Below, one piece after another: positions 33,821 through 47,300 of a stretch of 64,000 nucleotides of DNA. Under the pieces are notes generated by a model. The model had not been told where the DNA came from, searched no databases, and saw nothing but the letters and a program-made list of their open reading frames with translations. Source of the stretch: Mobula birostris. Lineage: Eukaryota. The stretch is from contig NC_092374.1 in NCBI RefSeq assembly GCF_030028105.1, positions 95,392,718 to 95,456,717 on the forward strand, in the 5' to 3' direction. The number at the start of each line of letters is the position of its first letter. Position 1 is the first letter of the stretch. The position numbers and the translations under genes were made by a program.

Positions 33821-35500
33821 CTGACCAGTGCAACACCAAGTGTCCCCCCTGACCAGTGCAACGCCGAGTGTCCCCCCTGACCAGTGCAACGCCGAGTGTC
33901 CCCCCGACCAGTGCAACGCCGAGTGTCCCCCCTGACCAGTGCAACGCCGAGTGTCCCCCCGACCAGTGCAACGCCGAGTGTCCCCCCTGACCAGTGCAAC
34001 GCCGAGTGTCCCCCCGACCAGTGCAACGCCGAGTGTCCCCCCTGACCAGTGCAACGCCGAGTGTCCCCCCGACCAGTGCAACGCCGAGTGTCCCCCCTGA
34101 CCAGTGCAACGCCGAGTGTCCCCCCGACCAGTGCAACGCCGAGTGTCCCCCCTGACCAGTGCAACGCCGAGTGTCCCCCCGACCAGTGCAACGCCGAGTG
34201 TCCCCCCTGACCAGTGCAACGCCGAGTGTCCCCCCGACCAGTGCAACGCCGAGTGTCCCCCCTGACCAGTGCAACGCCGAGTGTCCCCCCGACCAGTGCA
34301 ACGCCGAGTGTCCCCCCTGACCAGTGCAACGCCGAGTGTCCCCCCGACCAGTGCAACGCCGAGTGTCCCCCCTGACCAGTGCAACGCCGAGTGTCCCCCC
34401 GACCAGTGCAACGCCGAGTGTCCCCCCTGACCAGTGCAACGCCGAGTGTCCCCCCGACCAGTGCAACGCCGAGTGTCCCCCCTGACCAGTGCAACGCCGA
34501 GTGTCCCCCCGACCAGTGCAACGCCGAGTGTCCCCCCTGACCAGTGCAACGCCGAGTGTCCCCCCGACCAGTGCAACGCCGAGTGTCCCCCCTGACCAGT
34601 GCAACGCCGAGTGTCCCCCCGACCAGTGCAACGCCGAGTGTCCCCCCTGACCAGTGCAACGCCGAGTGTCCCCCCGACCAGTGCAACGCCGAGTGTCCCC
34701 CCTGACCAGTGCAACGCCGAGTGTCCCCCCGACCAGTGCAACGCCGAGTGTCCCCCCTGACCAGTGCAACGCCGAGTGTCCCCCCGACCAGTGCAACGCC
34801 GAGTGTCCCCCCTGACCAGTGCAACGCCGAGTGTCCCCCCGACCAGTGCAACGCCGAGTGTCCCCCCTGACCAGTGCAACGCCGAGTGTCCCCCCGACCA
34901 GTGCAACGCCGAGTGTCCCCCCTGACCAGTGCAACGCCGAGTGTCCCCCCGACCAGTGCAACGCCGAGTGTCCCCCCTGACCAGTGCAACGCCGAGTGTC
35001 CCCCCGACCAGTGCAACGCCGAGTGTCCCCCCTGACCAGTGCAACGCCGAGTGTCCCCCCGACCAGTGCAACGCCGAGTGTCCCCCCTGACCAGTGCAAC
35101 GCCGAGTGTCCCCCCGACCAGTGCAACGCCGAGTGTCCCCCCTGACCAGTGCAACGCCGAGTGTCCCCCCGACCAGTGCAACGCCGAGTGTCCCCCCTGA
35201 CCAGTGCAACGCCGAGTGTCCCCCCGACCAGTGCAACGCCGAGTGTCCCCCCTGACCAGTGCAACGCCGAGTGTCCCCCCGACCAGTGCAACGCCGAGTG
35301 TCCCCCCTGACCAGTGCAACGCCGAGTGTCCCCCCGACCAGTGCAACGCCGAGTGTCCCCCCTGACCAGTGCAACGCCGAGTGTCACCTCTGACCAGTGC
35401 AACGCCGAGTGTCGCCTCTGACCAGTGCAACGCCGAGTGTCCCCCCTGACCAGTGCAACGCCGAGTGTCGCCTCTGACCAGTGCAACGCCGAGTGTCCCT
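33821..35500. repeat. Tandem array of alternating 28/27-bp monomers (55-bp higher-order unit), about 60 monomers
   Basis: (t)gaccagtgcaacgccgagtgtcccccc; gacc at 33906, 33934, 33961, 33989, 34016; core essentially invariant. Confidence 0.98.
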
Positions 35501-35659
35501 CTGCTAACAGCCTGCCCTGAGATTGTAAAACTGTGCAATTTCTCAAGTCCTTTGCTCATCCCATTTCTCCCGGCTGTTAGCTGGCAGCTGAACCTTGACC
35601 CAGAGCTCACAGTTATGAGTCCCATATCTAAGAATGGATGTGTGTGGCACAGCAGAGGG

Positions 35660-36145
35660 TTTGGAGAAGGCTCACGAGAACGATCCAGAAATAAACAGGG
35701 AAAAGTATGAGGAGTGTTTGATGACTCTGGACCTGTACTCACTAGAATACAGAAGAATGAGGGGGGAGATCATTGAAACCTATCGAATATTGAAAGGCTG
35801 AGACAGAGTGAATGTGGAGAGGATGTTTCCTATAATGGGGGAGTCTAGTCCCACAGGGCATAGCCTTAGAATAGAAGGACATCCATTTAAAACAGAGATG
35901 AGGAGGAATTTCTTTAGCCAGAGGGTGGTGAATCTGTGCAATTAATTGCTACAGACAGCTGTAGAGGCCAAGTCATTGGGTACGTTTAAAGTAGAGTTTG
36001 ATAGGCTCTTCAGAAGTTAAGGTGTCAACCGTTACAGGGAGGAACAGAAAAATAGGGTAAAGAGGGAAAGTAAATTAGCCATGATTGAATGGCAGAGCAG
36101 AATCGAATGGCCTAATTCTGCTCCAGTGGCTTCTGTCTTATGTTT
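35660..36145 (+). mobile_element. CR1 3' fragment
   Basis: LGLYSLE..R...DIIETYRILKG, FFSQRVVNL, 3' tail. Confidence 0.85.
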
Positions 36146-36394
36146 CAAGCACCACTCCAACACAGGATCCAGGTCTGACGGTGCAAAGCTATGGAGGGGG
36201 GGGGACTGCAGGGTCAAGGAAGGGGCACAGAGCCAGAGGAACAGCGGCAGCGGTGGGGTGGAGGGGGAGCTCTGCTGGATCAATGTGCAATGCAAGGTCG
36301 TAGGGGAGGCACCAAGGAGCACTTCAGAGTTGCGGGGTTCCCAAAGGAATGTGCACTGTTGGAGGAACTGGAGTACCTGGAAAAAGAAAAAGAA

Positions 36395-36705
36395 AGATTG
36401 GCTTTATTTGTCACATGTACATAGAAGCATCGGAAAATGCAGTGACATGTGTCAGTGACCAACACTGCCTGGGGATGTGCTGGGAGCAGCCCTCAAGTAC
36501 CGCCATGCTTCCGGTACCAATGTAGCGTGCCCACAACTCACTCACCCTAACCCGCATGTGTTTGGAATGAGGGAGGAAACTGGAGCATTCGGAGGAAACC
36601 CACATGGTCACGGGGAGAACGTACAAACTCCTTACAGACCGCGGTGGGAATCGAACACAGGTCGTTAGCATTGTCAAGCATTAAGCTAACATGGCGCCCA
36701 ATGTG
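36395..36705 (-). mobile_element. HE1/V-SINE
   Basis: Reverse V-domain and tRNA-like B box (gttcgattccc). Confidence 0.8.
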
Positions 36706-37334
36706 CAACATCTGTGGAATTCATTGGCACAGACGGCTGTGGAGCCAAGTCACTGGGTATCTTTAAAGAGGAGGTTTATAGGTTCTAAGTTAGTAAAGGT
36801 ATGAAAAGGAACCGTGTGAAGGCAATTCTGTTCCTATGTCGTATTATTTTTTGTATCTATAGCTTTTTATTTGTTCTTCTCTGCGCCATATTGGTTGGCA
36901 AAGTTGCTGTTTCTTTAGCATTTGTCTATTTTTCACAAGACCAAGTTGCTACCTCGAGACTCAAACCAGCAGGTAAGTGTGGAAGTAGGCGGCTGGATTC
37001 GAACCCAGGACCACTCGTGTCGAACTCCTGTGCAGATGCCACTGCACCACTGGCCAGCACAGCATATTGTAGGCCACGTTTACAAGGCATTTCAACTGAG
37101 CCCGTCACATGGGTTAAAAAAAAAATCAATGGTTAATCTTCAAAGAAGAACAAGAATCTACACAATGGGGAGAAGTGGTTGTACCCCCCTCTGGATTGAA
37201 ACTTCAGGCTTTGTACACTTGTACAAGGAGTGCCTTTTGACTGTACTCTGTCAAACAAACACCTCGCGACAAGGCAGAAGAAAAACATTTCTCTCAGGGT
37301 TATAGAATTATTTGATCCCTTCAGTTTAAAAAAC

Positions 37335-37750
37335 AGAAACACAGGAGAATCTGCACTTGCTGGAAATCCAGAACAAAGCACAAAGAATGGCTCAGCAGGT
37401 CAGCCAGCATCTATGGAGGAGAGAAAACAGACGATGTTTCAAAACAGACTGAAGCCCTTCATCAAGACTGGAAGGGAAGGGAAGGGAAGGCCAGAATAGG
37501 AAGGTGGGATACAGGAAGGAGTACAAGCTGGCAGGTGATAGATGAGGCCAGGTGAGGGGGAAGGTAGGGTGAAGTGGGAAGCTGGGAGGTGACAGGTGGA
37601 AGAGGTAAAGGGCTGGAGAAGAAGGAATCTAAAGGGAAAGGAGAGTGGACAATGGGAGAAAGGGAAGGAGGAGGGTAAGCAGAGGGACATGAGAGGAAGG
37701 TGAGGAGATGAGGAAGAAGAGAGAAGGGAGCCAGAAGGAAGAATGGAAAA
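37335..37750 (-). mobile_element. Penelope pLTR
   Basis: Same pLTR family; decayed hammerhead motif at about 37430-37470. Confidence 0.75.
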
Positions 37751-38669
37751 AGAGCTTTCTATTGGCAGTGCTCCATGTAAATGTGCTCAGTGGTGGGGAT
37801 GGCTTTGCTTGTGATAGGCTGTATCCAACATCTTCTGGGCATTGGTGTTTCCATACCAAGATCAAGACTCATGTCCACGGTGTAGCAGCTATTCAACAGA
37901 GTGATCCTGTACGATATGCTTTCCTATTTAATAACAGCAAAGTTCCAAAGTTAAAGAATATCTCCTATCCTTTATCAAGAAACTAGTAAAATAAATAATC
38001 TTGAACTGATAAAATCTAATGAAACTGAAATGAGCGATTTAACAAAATAAAGTGTTTTGGCGTATGAAGCATACTTAAGCTTTCTTCAAAGGCTTTGGCA
38101 CAGACTGGATGGGTCAAAGGCTCTGTTTCTCTGCTGTGCTTTTCTATGATTCTAGAACTAAGCTAACTTAAGTGGACTCACGTGAAGTTAAGCGATTTTA
38201 AATGTAATTAAGTGGTCAACAAAAAAGATAACACCCCTAGCTCTACTGAACTTTAAAGACAAAAGCACGACTGCAAGACCAAACTCTTTGCTTCTACCAC
38301 ACCCCCACCCACATGACTAACTACCGTAAGCGTAATAAACACACAATACAGATAGAAAATAGATGCGCGGCTCCTACACACAGTAATAGGCCAAGGCAGG
38401 TGCACCAAGTCGACAGGAAGGCAGATACAATGTGGCTTTTATTGAGTGGGTATGCCATTGTGGATCTGCTGATAGAGCTGATATAAGACTGTAAGATATA
38501 TCAGCAAACTTAGGCCATTTGGCCCATTAAGTCTGCTCTACCATTTCACCATGGCTGATCCCTTTCCCTCTCAGCCCAGATATTCTGATCTCTCAAAGCT
38601 TCAGTGATCTGGATTCAACCCTCAACCTTCAAAGCTATCTACGTGGCGTGTGCCTGTTCTTCCACTGGC

Positions 38670-38696
<27 letters not shown>
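38670..38696. repeat. (TG)n microsatellite
   Basis: About 13 TG units. Confidence 0.95.
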
Positions 38697-38703
<7 letters not shown>

Positions 38704-39589
38704 CTTCCTTTGGGTGCTCAGGTTTTCACACATGCCCTGAAAAGGTGCAGCTGGGGAGAGTGACTTAGTGCTGTGAACATCCCATACTGCAAGTGGCTGG
38801 TGGAATGGACGGGGCCACAGAAGGAACAAGGTACAGAAACCATTAGTGCAGGGACGGGAGTGCTTTGTGAGTCACTGTGGACCTGTTAGGCCTAATATCC
38901 TCTTTCTACTGTTGTGAGAAAAATGTGGGGAACTGTGCACTGCAATTTCTGGTTAGTAATTCGTAGATTGATCTCAGAGTAAGTTAAAAGATTGGCACAA
39001 TGTCATGGGCCGAAGGACCTGTACTGTGCTGTAATGTTCTATATACCTGGATTATTCCCACACCAGATGGACAATGTACATCTCATGCCCCCATGTCCCT
39101 AGTCATACCAACACTGAGAGCACTGTGCACAGTTCCCATCTCTGCATCCCACGACCAGGCCCACGCGGGAGCGCGATACATCGTTCCATTCCCTTCCCAC
39201 CTCAGTATCCCTGGGTCAAACTCACACCGGAAGGCAGGAAGCAGAGGGTAGTGGCTGAAGGCTGTTCCTTGGAACGACAGCTGGTGACTAGTGGTCTGGC
39301 GTGGGGGTTCCATGCAAATACACCAGGGCTGATCCATAAGGTTGCGGAGGACACAACAGGATGCAATTTGGAAAAGTCAAACCGACATAGGACTTGGTCA
39401 GATGAGAGGGGACCATTTAAAAGGGAGCTGTTTAACCAGTGGATAGATGCAATGATCTTCTAGTGTAAGTGGTTGAGGCAGGTACAATAGTATCATGTTA
39501 GATAGGTTCAGCAGCAAAAAGAAATGTCAGTTTATATATACAGTCTTTTTAGATGCATTATTGGGAGGGAGGAGGTTGGACGGACACAA

Positions 39590-41160
39590 TTCCAGGATTG
39601 AAAGGCTTGTCACATGAACAGCGTTTGATGGCTCTGGGCCTGTACTCACTGGAATTGAGAAGAATGAGGGGTGTCCTCATTGAAACCAATTGAATGGTGA
39701 AAGGCCTCGATGGAGTGGATGTGGAGAGGATGTTTCCTGTGGTGGGGAAGGGTGAGACAGGAGAACACAGCCTCAGAATACAGGGGTGTCCTTCTAGAAT
39801 GGAGGTGAGGATGGATTTCTTTAGCCAGAGGGTGGTGAATCTGTGGAGTTCTTTGCCATAGGTGGCTGTGGAGGCCAGATTATTGGATATATTTAAGACA
39901 GAGGTTGATAGATCCTTGATTGGTCAGGGCACGAAGGGATATGGGGAGAAGGCAGGAGACTGGGGCTGGAGGGAAAATGGATCAGCGATGATGAAATGGC
40001 GGGGCAGATTCAATGGTCTAGTTCTGCTCGGATATCTTTATGGTCTTATGATATTGGGCAATTGCAGGAAATTGCGTTTAGCTGGGTGGCACAGTGGTTG
40101 GTATGGACTAGATGGGCTGAAGAGCCTGTATTCATGCTAGATTTCTCTATGACTCTCTGAAAGGTGGGAGTTGTTGGTGGGACTGCTCCTGGAGCACTAA
40201 CTACAGTTTTGGTCTATTTATCTACACTTGATGCTGAGGGATATGGGGAACCTAGAACCATAGTTTCAGTTTGTCCATTTAAGACAGGATCCATTCCCCA
40301 AGGATTGTAGATTGTGGTACTTCTAGAATTTTCTGCAGGAGTTGAGTGCAGACAGGTACAGAGATTTATGGGGAATGGGTGGAGCTGCTGTCTGATCAAC
40401 GGGGGAGCAGGTTAGCAGCGGGACGGGTGAAAGTGGCTCTTGCCTGTTCCTGTTTACTACCTCATCGGGAACATTGCTTTCTGTGCAATGAATGGTTATC
40501 ATCTGGAAAACACTGCTCCTCAGGAGGTCGAAGCTCCTGTCAAAGGGGCCACGGATGTACACTTGGGCTGGTAAAGAGTGCTTTTGGCACATTGGCCGTC
40601 ATAAATCAGGGCAGTGAATACAGGAGCTGGGATGTACAAGATGGTAATGAGACTAAATGTGGAGTATTGTGTGCAGCTCTGGTCAGGAAAGATATCAATA
40701 AGCTGGAAAGAGCGCAGGGAAAATTTACAAGGATTTTGCCAGGACCTGAGGACCTGAATAATCAGGAAATGTTGAACAGGTTCGGACTTTATTCCTGTGA
40801 GCGTAGGAGAATGAGGGGAGATTTGATACAGGTATACAAAATTATGAGGGGTATAGATAGGGTAAATGCAAGCAGGCTTTTTCCCTCAGGTTGGGTGAGA
40901 TTAGAACTAGAGGTCACGGGTTAAGGGAGAAGGGTGAAATGTTTAAGGGGAACCTGAGAGGGAACTTCTTCACTCAGAGGATGGTGTGAATGTGGAGAGA
41001 GCTGCTGGCAGAAGTGGTGGATTGCAACATCTAAGAGAAGTTAGGATAGTTACGGGATAGGTCCAGATGCAGGTAGAAGGGACCAGGTAGAAGGGACTAG
41101 GTAGAAGACTAGACTAGCATAGATGGACTGAAAGGCCTGTAACTGTGTTGTAGTTCTCTA
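39590..41160 (+). mobile_element. Two CR1 3' fragments (39590-40050; 40570-41160)
   Basis: CR1 C-terminal motifs RRMRGDLIQVYKIMRG and FFTQR; 3' tails. Confidence 0.85.
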
Positions 41161-43647
41161 TCATTTGCAAGACTGTGAAGAAAGAATGCCTTGACGACTC
41201 TGATAAAATTGCTCTAAAGGGAGCTAGTACAGACTTGAAGGGCCAAATAGCTTCCTGTAACATTGCTATTAAAACAGAGAACATCAGCCCATGATGTCTG
41301 TGCCCAGCACGGCACCAAATTAGACTAACCCCTTAATCTGCAACCTGGTATTGAAAGATGGGAACCATGTGACAGAGATGTTTCCAGTCCAGGAGGGCCA
41401 GTACCCACTGGACAGAGGCTTAAGAGCTTTAAGCAGAGGATGATTTAAGCGCCGGGCCAGATTGAAAAGGTCAGGGTGTTGGGGCCAGAGGTGGGGGGCA
41501 GGCCCGTTCAGCTCACTGCTCCACAAAGTTTACTCGTCTCCACGCTGAACTGAGGCTATGTACATACATGTCACCATCTACAGCCCTGAAATTCCTTTTC
41601 CTGCGGGCATACTCAGCAAATCGATAGAACAGGATCAATGAAAGATCAAGCAGAGTGTAGAAGATGACAAACTGTGCAAATGGAAATATAAACGACAAGA
41701 ACATGTGATAACAAGAGCCCTTAAAGTGAGACCATTGGTTGTGGGAACACCTCAGTGGATGGGGAAGTGAGTGTAGTCATCCTGTTTTGATCAAGAGCCT
41801 GATGGTTCGGGGGTTCCTGAACCTGGTGGTGTGAGTCCTGAGGCTCTTGTACCTTCTACCTGATGGCAGCAGCGTGAAAAGAGTGTGTCCTGGGTGGTGA
41901 GGATCCCTGATAGTGACGACTAACAGACTTGTGGACTGGCTGCAGTGATAACTGGCTTTGCGGCTGTGGACTCACGCTTCTGTTCTGTTGCTTTTGTTGT
42001 TTGCATGATTTGTTTTTTTCTGCACACTGGGCGTTTGACGGTCTTTTTTAATGGGTTCCTTTGTTTCGTGGCTGCCTGTAAGGAGAGGGATCTCAAGGTT
42101 GTATAAAGTATGCAAACTTTGATAATAAGTGTACTTTGACTTTAAGGTGAGAGGCAGCAGGCAGAAGTATGTATGTTTCACAGTAAGTTAATTGCTACGT
42201 CTCCTCTGAAAGGGTGATGGGAGCAGATTTTGCCTCAGTCCTGCTGGCTTCCCTCCCCAGAGCTCAGCAGCTGCTCCATACTAGTGCCACTCAAACCCCA
42301 AAGTAAATGTATTATTACTGAAGTGAGTCACCACATACTCCCTTGAGAATCATTTTCTTACAGGCATTCACTGGAGTGAATGAAATCGAGTACAATGGAT
42401 GCTACAGAAACTATCCTCCAACAGACAAACAACTAAAGTCCAGGCTGTGAATGGGCAGTGGAAGGATTAGTTGGACAACTAGGGCAGTACTGTGACAAAG
42501 TGGTTAGCGTGCTGCTTTACATTGCCATCTGTAAGGTCGAAGTTCAATTCTCTCCACGGTTTTACGTTCCCCCAGGAACGTGGGGGTTTCCTCCCACTTT
42601 CCGAAAGGCGGACAGGTGAGGGTTAGTGAGTTGTGGGCGTGCTGCGTCGGTGCCCAGCATAGTTCAGACTGGTCGTGGTGCATTTCACTGTACGTTGCAT
42701 CGTGTCAATGTACGTGTGACAAATAAAAAATTACTTCATAACAATTCTTCCAAAGAGGCAAAAGGGCTGATAGGCTAAACTAAAACAGAAAATGCTGGAC
42801 CCATTTAGCAGGTCAGGCAGCATCTGTGGAGAGAGAGACAGTGAGCAATTGAACTCAGGGACCCTTAACCAAAGTTCAAAATAAATTTATGTCACCATGT
42901 ACAATCCTGGGATTCATTGTTTGTGAGCATACTCAGTAAATCTATCGAATAATAACCATAACAGAATCAGTGAAAAACTGCTCAACTAGGGCGTTCAACC
43001 AGAATGCAGACAACAAACTGCACAAATACAAAAATAAAGAAATAGTAATAAATAAGCAATAAGTATCGAGAATATGAGATTAAGAATACTTCAAAGTGAG
43101 TCCATTAGTTGTGGGAACATTTCAATGATGGGCAAATGAAGTTGAGTGAAGTTATCCCCACTGGTTCAAGAGGCTGATGGTTGAGGGGTAGTAACTGTTC
43201 CTGAACCTGGAGTTGTGAGTCCTGAGGCTCCTGTACCTTCTTCCCAGTGGCAGCAGTGAGAAGGGAGATTGGCCTGAACATTTATTGTTTCTACAGTATT
43301 TCCATAGATGCTTTCTGACTTGCTGAGTGTTGCTGGCATTTCTACTTTTTATTTCAGACTTCCAGTATTTGCAGTTTTTTTAAAATTTCAGGCCTGATGG
43401 CCAAATGCTCCCACTATGAGGCTTCTTCCCAATCTAGACCTTCTGCTTAGTTTTCTTTCATCCTCCTGGTGAAGCTACCCCTCACTCTCGGTGTACCCCA
43501 CAACCATCTCAGCACAGTCACTGTGTCGGTGCAGAGTAATACGATAACTTGCAGGACTGGTCATCTGGAAGCTTGGACCACTAATCAAGAGACACAGGTT
43601 CAAATTCTACCATGCAACTGGAAATTCATGTTTATTTCATTAAAACA

Positions 43648-44342
43648 GCCCACTAATCTCCCTCCTGGCACTTACCTTTGCAGGCAGCCTAAGTGCTACA
43701 CCTGCCACTCACCTCCCCTTGCCTCCGTTCAGGGCCCCCAACAGTCCTTCCAGGTGAGGCAACATTTCACCTGTGATTCTGCCAGGTTGTCTACCGTGTC
43801 CAGTGCTTCCAATGCAGCATCCTCTATATTGGTGAGACCCGTGGTGAATTGGGGGAGCACTTCATCGAGCACTCCACACTTCCGGGTGGCCAAGCATTTT
43901 AATTCCCATTCCGTTGTGCCAAGATGAAGCCATCCTCAGGGTGGAGGAACAACACATTTTATTCCATCTGGGTAGCCTCCAAACTGATGGCACAAATATC
44001 CAGTAAAAAAAATCCCCCCCACCTTCTTTATTCCCTCTGGCCCCTTACCTGCCTATTACTTCCCCTGGGTCACCTCCTCCTTCCCTTTCTCCTATGATCC
44101 ACTTTCCTCTCCTATCAGATTCCTTCCTCTCCAACCCTTGACCTTTGCCACCCACCTGGCTTCACCTATCACCTTCCACTCCCCCCACCTTTTTATTCTG
44201 GAATGTTCCCCTTTCCTTTCCAGTCCCGAAGAAAGGTTTCAGCCTTAAAACATCGACTATTTGTTCATTTCCATAGATGCTGCCTGACCTGCTGAGTTCC
44301 CCCAGCAGTTTGTGTGTGTATTTTGAATTTCCAGCATCTGAC
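43648..44342 (+). mobile_element. Penelope-like element: GIY-YIG endonuclease remnant plus pLTR
   Basis: PGTYLCRQPKCYTC (zinc-finger linker), QGPQQSFQVRQHFTCDS, VVYRVQCFQCSILYIGET (GIY-YIG), VAKHFNSH, EEQHILFHLGSLQTDG; pLTR with decayed hammerhead motif at 44221-44260. Confidence 0.88.
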
Positions 44343-47300
44343 ATGTTCATTTTTTATTATGGAAGTACGTACACAGAATACAACTCTGAAATTTACCTTC
44401 TCCAGATAGCCATGAAATACAGAAAAACCATGGAAGTTGCTGAAAGAAAAGACAACACCACCCCAACCCAGCACGTAAAAGAAATTAAAGCTCTCAAACC
44501 CCAACCCCCTCCGTCACACAAAAACTAACAGATCACCCACCCAAAAAATGGTAGCTAGGACATCAAAACCCCAATCCCCTCCCTCGCACACAAAAAACGA
44601 ACAGACCCCCCCCCCCCACACACACATACGCGGAAAAACACCAAAAAGGAAATTAGACCCCAAATCCCCAACCCCTCCCTCACACAAAAACTAATACATC
44701 ACCCACACAGAAAATGTCAACAAGGGCATCAAACCCCAAAATCCAAAACCCCCAACCTGCCAATTAGCAACAAGAAGGAGAACTGAAGGAGATCAACACA
44801 AACTACAGACCACACTGATAATCACATAGATCTAGAATTTCATAAACATCCTCCTTCAGTATCGAGGAGAGCGACTGCTCGAAATCTGTCCTTCCGTGGA
44901 GAGCGACCGCTACCCCACAGTCTGCTGACTGCCCAGTTTCTCATGCTTATAAGTAGAATTGGATATTTTCTGCCTATGGAAGCAATTGAGTTAGAACTCG
45001 TTCGAGTCTCATTGGAAGAGGGAAATTGAAAGGGACATACAACATGGAGCAAGCACTTCAGCACTTAATTTATGCTAATTTATGCCAACTATGCTAATCT
45101 CATTTTGTTTATTCTCCTGGATTCACTTCAATCACTTCCACCACTCACCCACACACTAGGAGCAGGTTAAAGTTGCCAATTAATCTACAAGCACACATGT
45201 GTTTGAGAGGTAGGAGGGAATCAGAGTGCCCAGAGGAAACACGCGTTGTCACAGGAAGAATGTGTGAGCTCCACACCGGTGGTACCAGAGGTCAGGACTG
45301 GACCTGGATTACTGAAGCTACGAAAAGCAGCTCCTCCACAGGAGCACCACCACTAGGCAGTGGAAAGCCACCAATGTTGGAATTTGAGGTAATTCCAGAC
45401 CAATCCAAGAGGGTAAATTACAGGAGCAATCAAATAGAGGAATGCCTGAACATGGAGAGGATCAGAGAAAACAGCCCCGGAATAGGATGTCACTTTAGTT
45501 CATAGATTAATTAAGATGAGAGGGAATTTCTTTAGCCAGAGGGTGGTGAATCTATGGAATTCATTGCCACAGATGGCTGTGGAGGCCAAGTCATTGGGTA
45601 CATTTAAAGCAGAGGTTGATAGGTTCTTGATTAGTAAGGGGGAAAGTAGGAGAATGGTGTTGAGAGGGATAATAAATCAGCCATGATTGAATGACAGAGC
45701 AGACTTGATGGGCTAAATGGCCTAATTCTGCTCCTATGTCTTATGGTCTTTACAGTCCATCATTGCTGACCACGATGCCAAATTAAACTGCACCTATCTG
45801 CCTACACATGACCCATATTCCTCCATTCCCAGAAATCTTCCTGAGCCCCGAAGCACCTCTGTTGTGACCTCTTCCACCCTCCCCATCGTTGGCAGCACAT
45901 AGCATGCACCCACCACTTCATGTAAAACACTCCTTTATACTCTCACCCGCTCAGCTCAGAGCAACGTCGTCTAGAATTTGACATTTGTTCACAGGGTCAA
46001 AGACTCTATTTACCCCATTTATATCTCTCATCATTTTACAAACGTATATTCTTCTATCATATTGGGAGAAAGCAATCCAAGTGTGTCCAATCTCTCCTTA
46101 CAGCTCCAGGCAGCATCCTGGTGAATCTCTTTGGTATCCTCTCCAAAGCCTCCACATCCTTCCAGTAATGGTTGCAACCAGAACGGCACACGATCCTCCA
46201 AATGTGGCCTATTTACACAGCTGATTACAGCATGACTTCTTGACTCTTACACTCAATACCATGGAGTGATGAATGAAAGTATGTTGTATGCTTCCTTTGC
46301 CTCCCCCTCATCATCAGTTCTCACTACCAATGAGTAATGAAATTGGACTCTAAGATCCTTTGCACATCAATGTTCTTGACAGTACTGTTATTTATACACG
46401 AGTTTCTAAAGTGTTACTCGACCAGATTAAATTCCATTTGCCATTTCCCTGCCATATTTGCTACTGGCTCAGCTCTGTCCTTTGTCAGGCTTCATCATTA
46501 TCCACAACACAAGTTTTTCTGCCATCTGCAAAGTCCTTAGGGATAGGATATATGAGCATTTGGAAACACATGGCTTAATTAGAGAGAGACAGCATGGCTT
46601 TGTGTGGGGCAGGGCGTGTCCTACCATCTTGATGGAGTTTTTTGATGAGGTAGATTGATGAGGGTAGGGCAGTTGATGTTGTCTTCATGGATTGTTTAAC
46701 AAGGTCCCTCATGGGAGGCTAACCCAGAAGATTAAGATGTACGGGGTCCACAGTGAACTTTAGCCAGTTCAGCACAACATTGTGGGCTGAGGAGCCTGCT
46801 CCTGTGCTGTACTGTTCTATGTTCTAAAGTTACTAATCACCAGATCTACGTTTTTATCCAATATATCACAATTCATGCAAGTCCTAAAACAATTCTCTGC
46901 AGAATATCAAGGATCGCAGGCCTTCAGTCAGTCAGAATAACAGCCCTCCTCACTCCCTCTTCTCTTCTATGGCTGAACCAGCTTTGAATTCAATCTGACA
47001 AGTGACGATGTGCTTCAATCCTCTGGACCAGCTGCCATGAGGGTCATAGAGTCACAGAGCTCGATGGTGCAGAAGCAGGCCCCTCAGCCTACCTAATCCA
47101 TGTCAAACTTCTTCTGCCCAGTCCCATGGACCCACACCTGGACCACAGCCCTCCCATCCATCTACCTGTCCAAGCTTCTCTGAAATGTTGCAGTGGAACC
47201 CACTTCCACCACTTCCGGTGGCAGCTTGTTCCACACTCGCGTCACCCTCTGAGCAAAGAAGGTCCCCTTAGGTGTGTATTCTCTTGTCCTTCTGCATCCC

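Noticed and set aside
31297-35500. CRISPR-like arrays
   Set aside because: Head-to-tail repeats with no unique spacers; eukaryotic DNA with no cas genes.
33491-35742. Three overlapping ORFs of 606-655 aa
   Set aside because: Artefact of a stop-free 55-bp tandem repeat; all three frames give the same periodic peptide.
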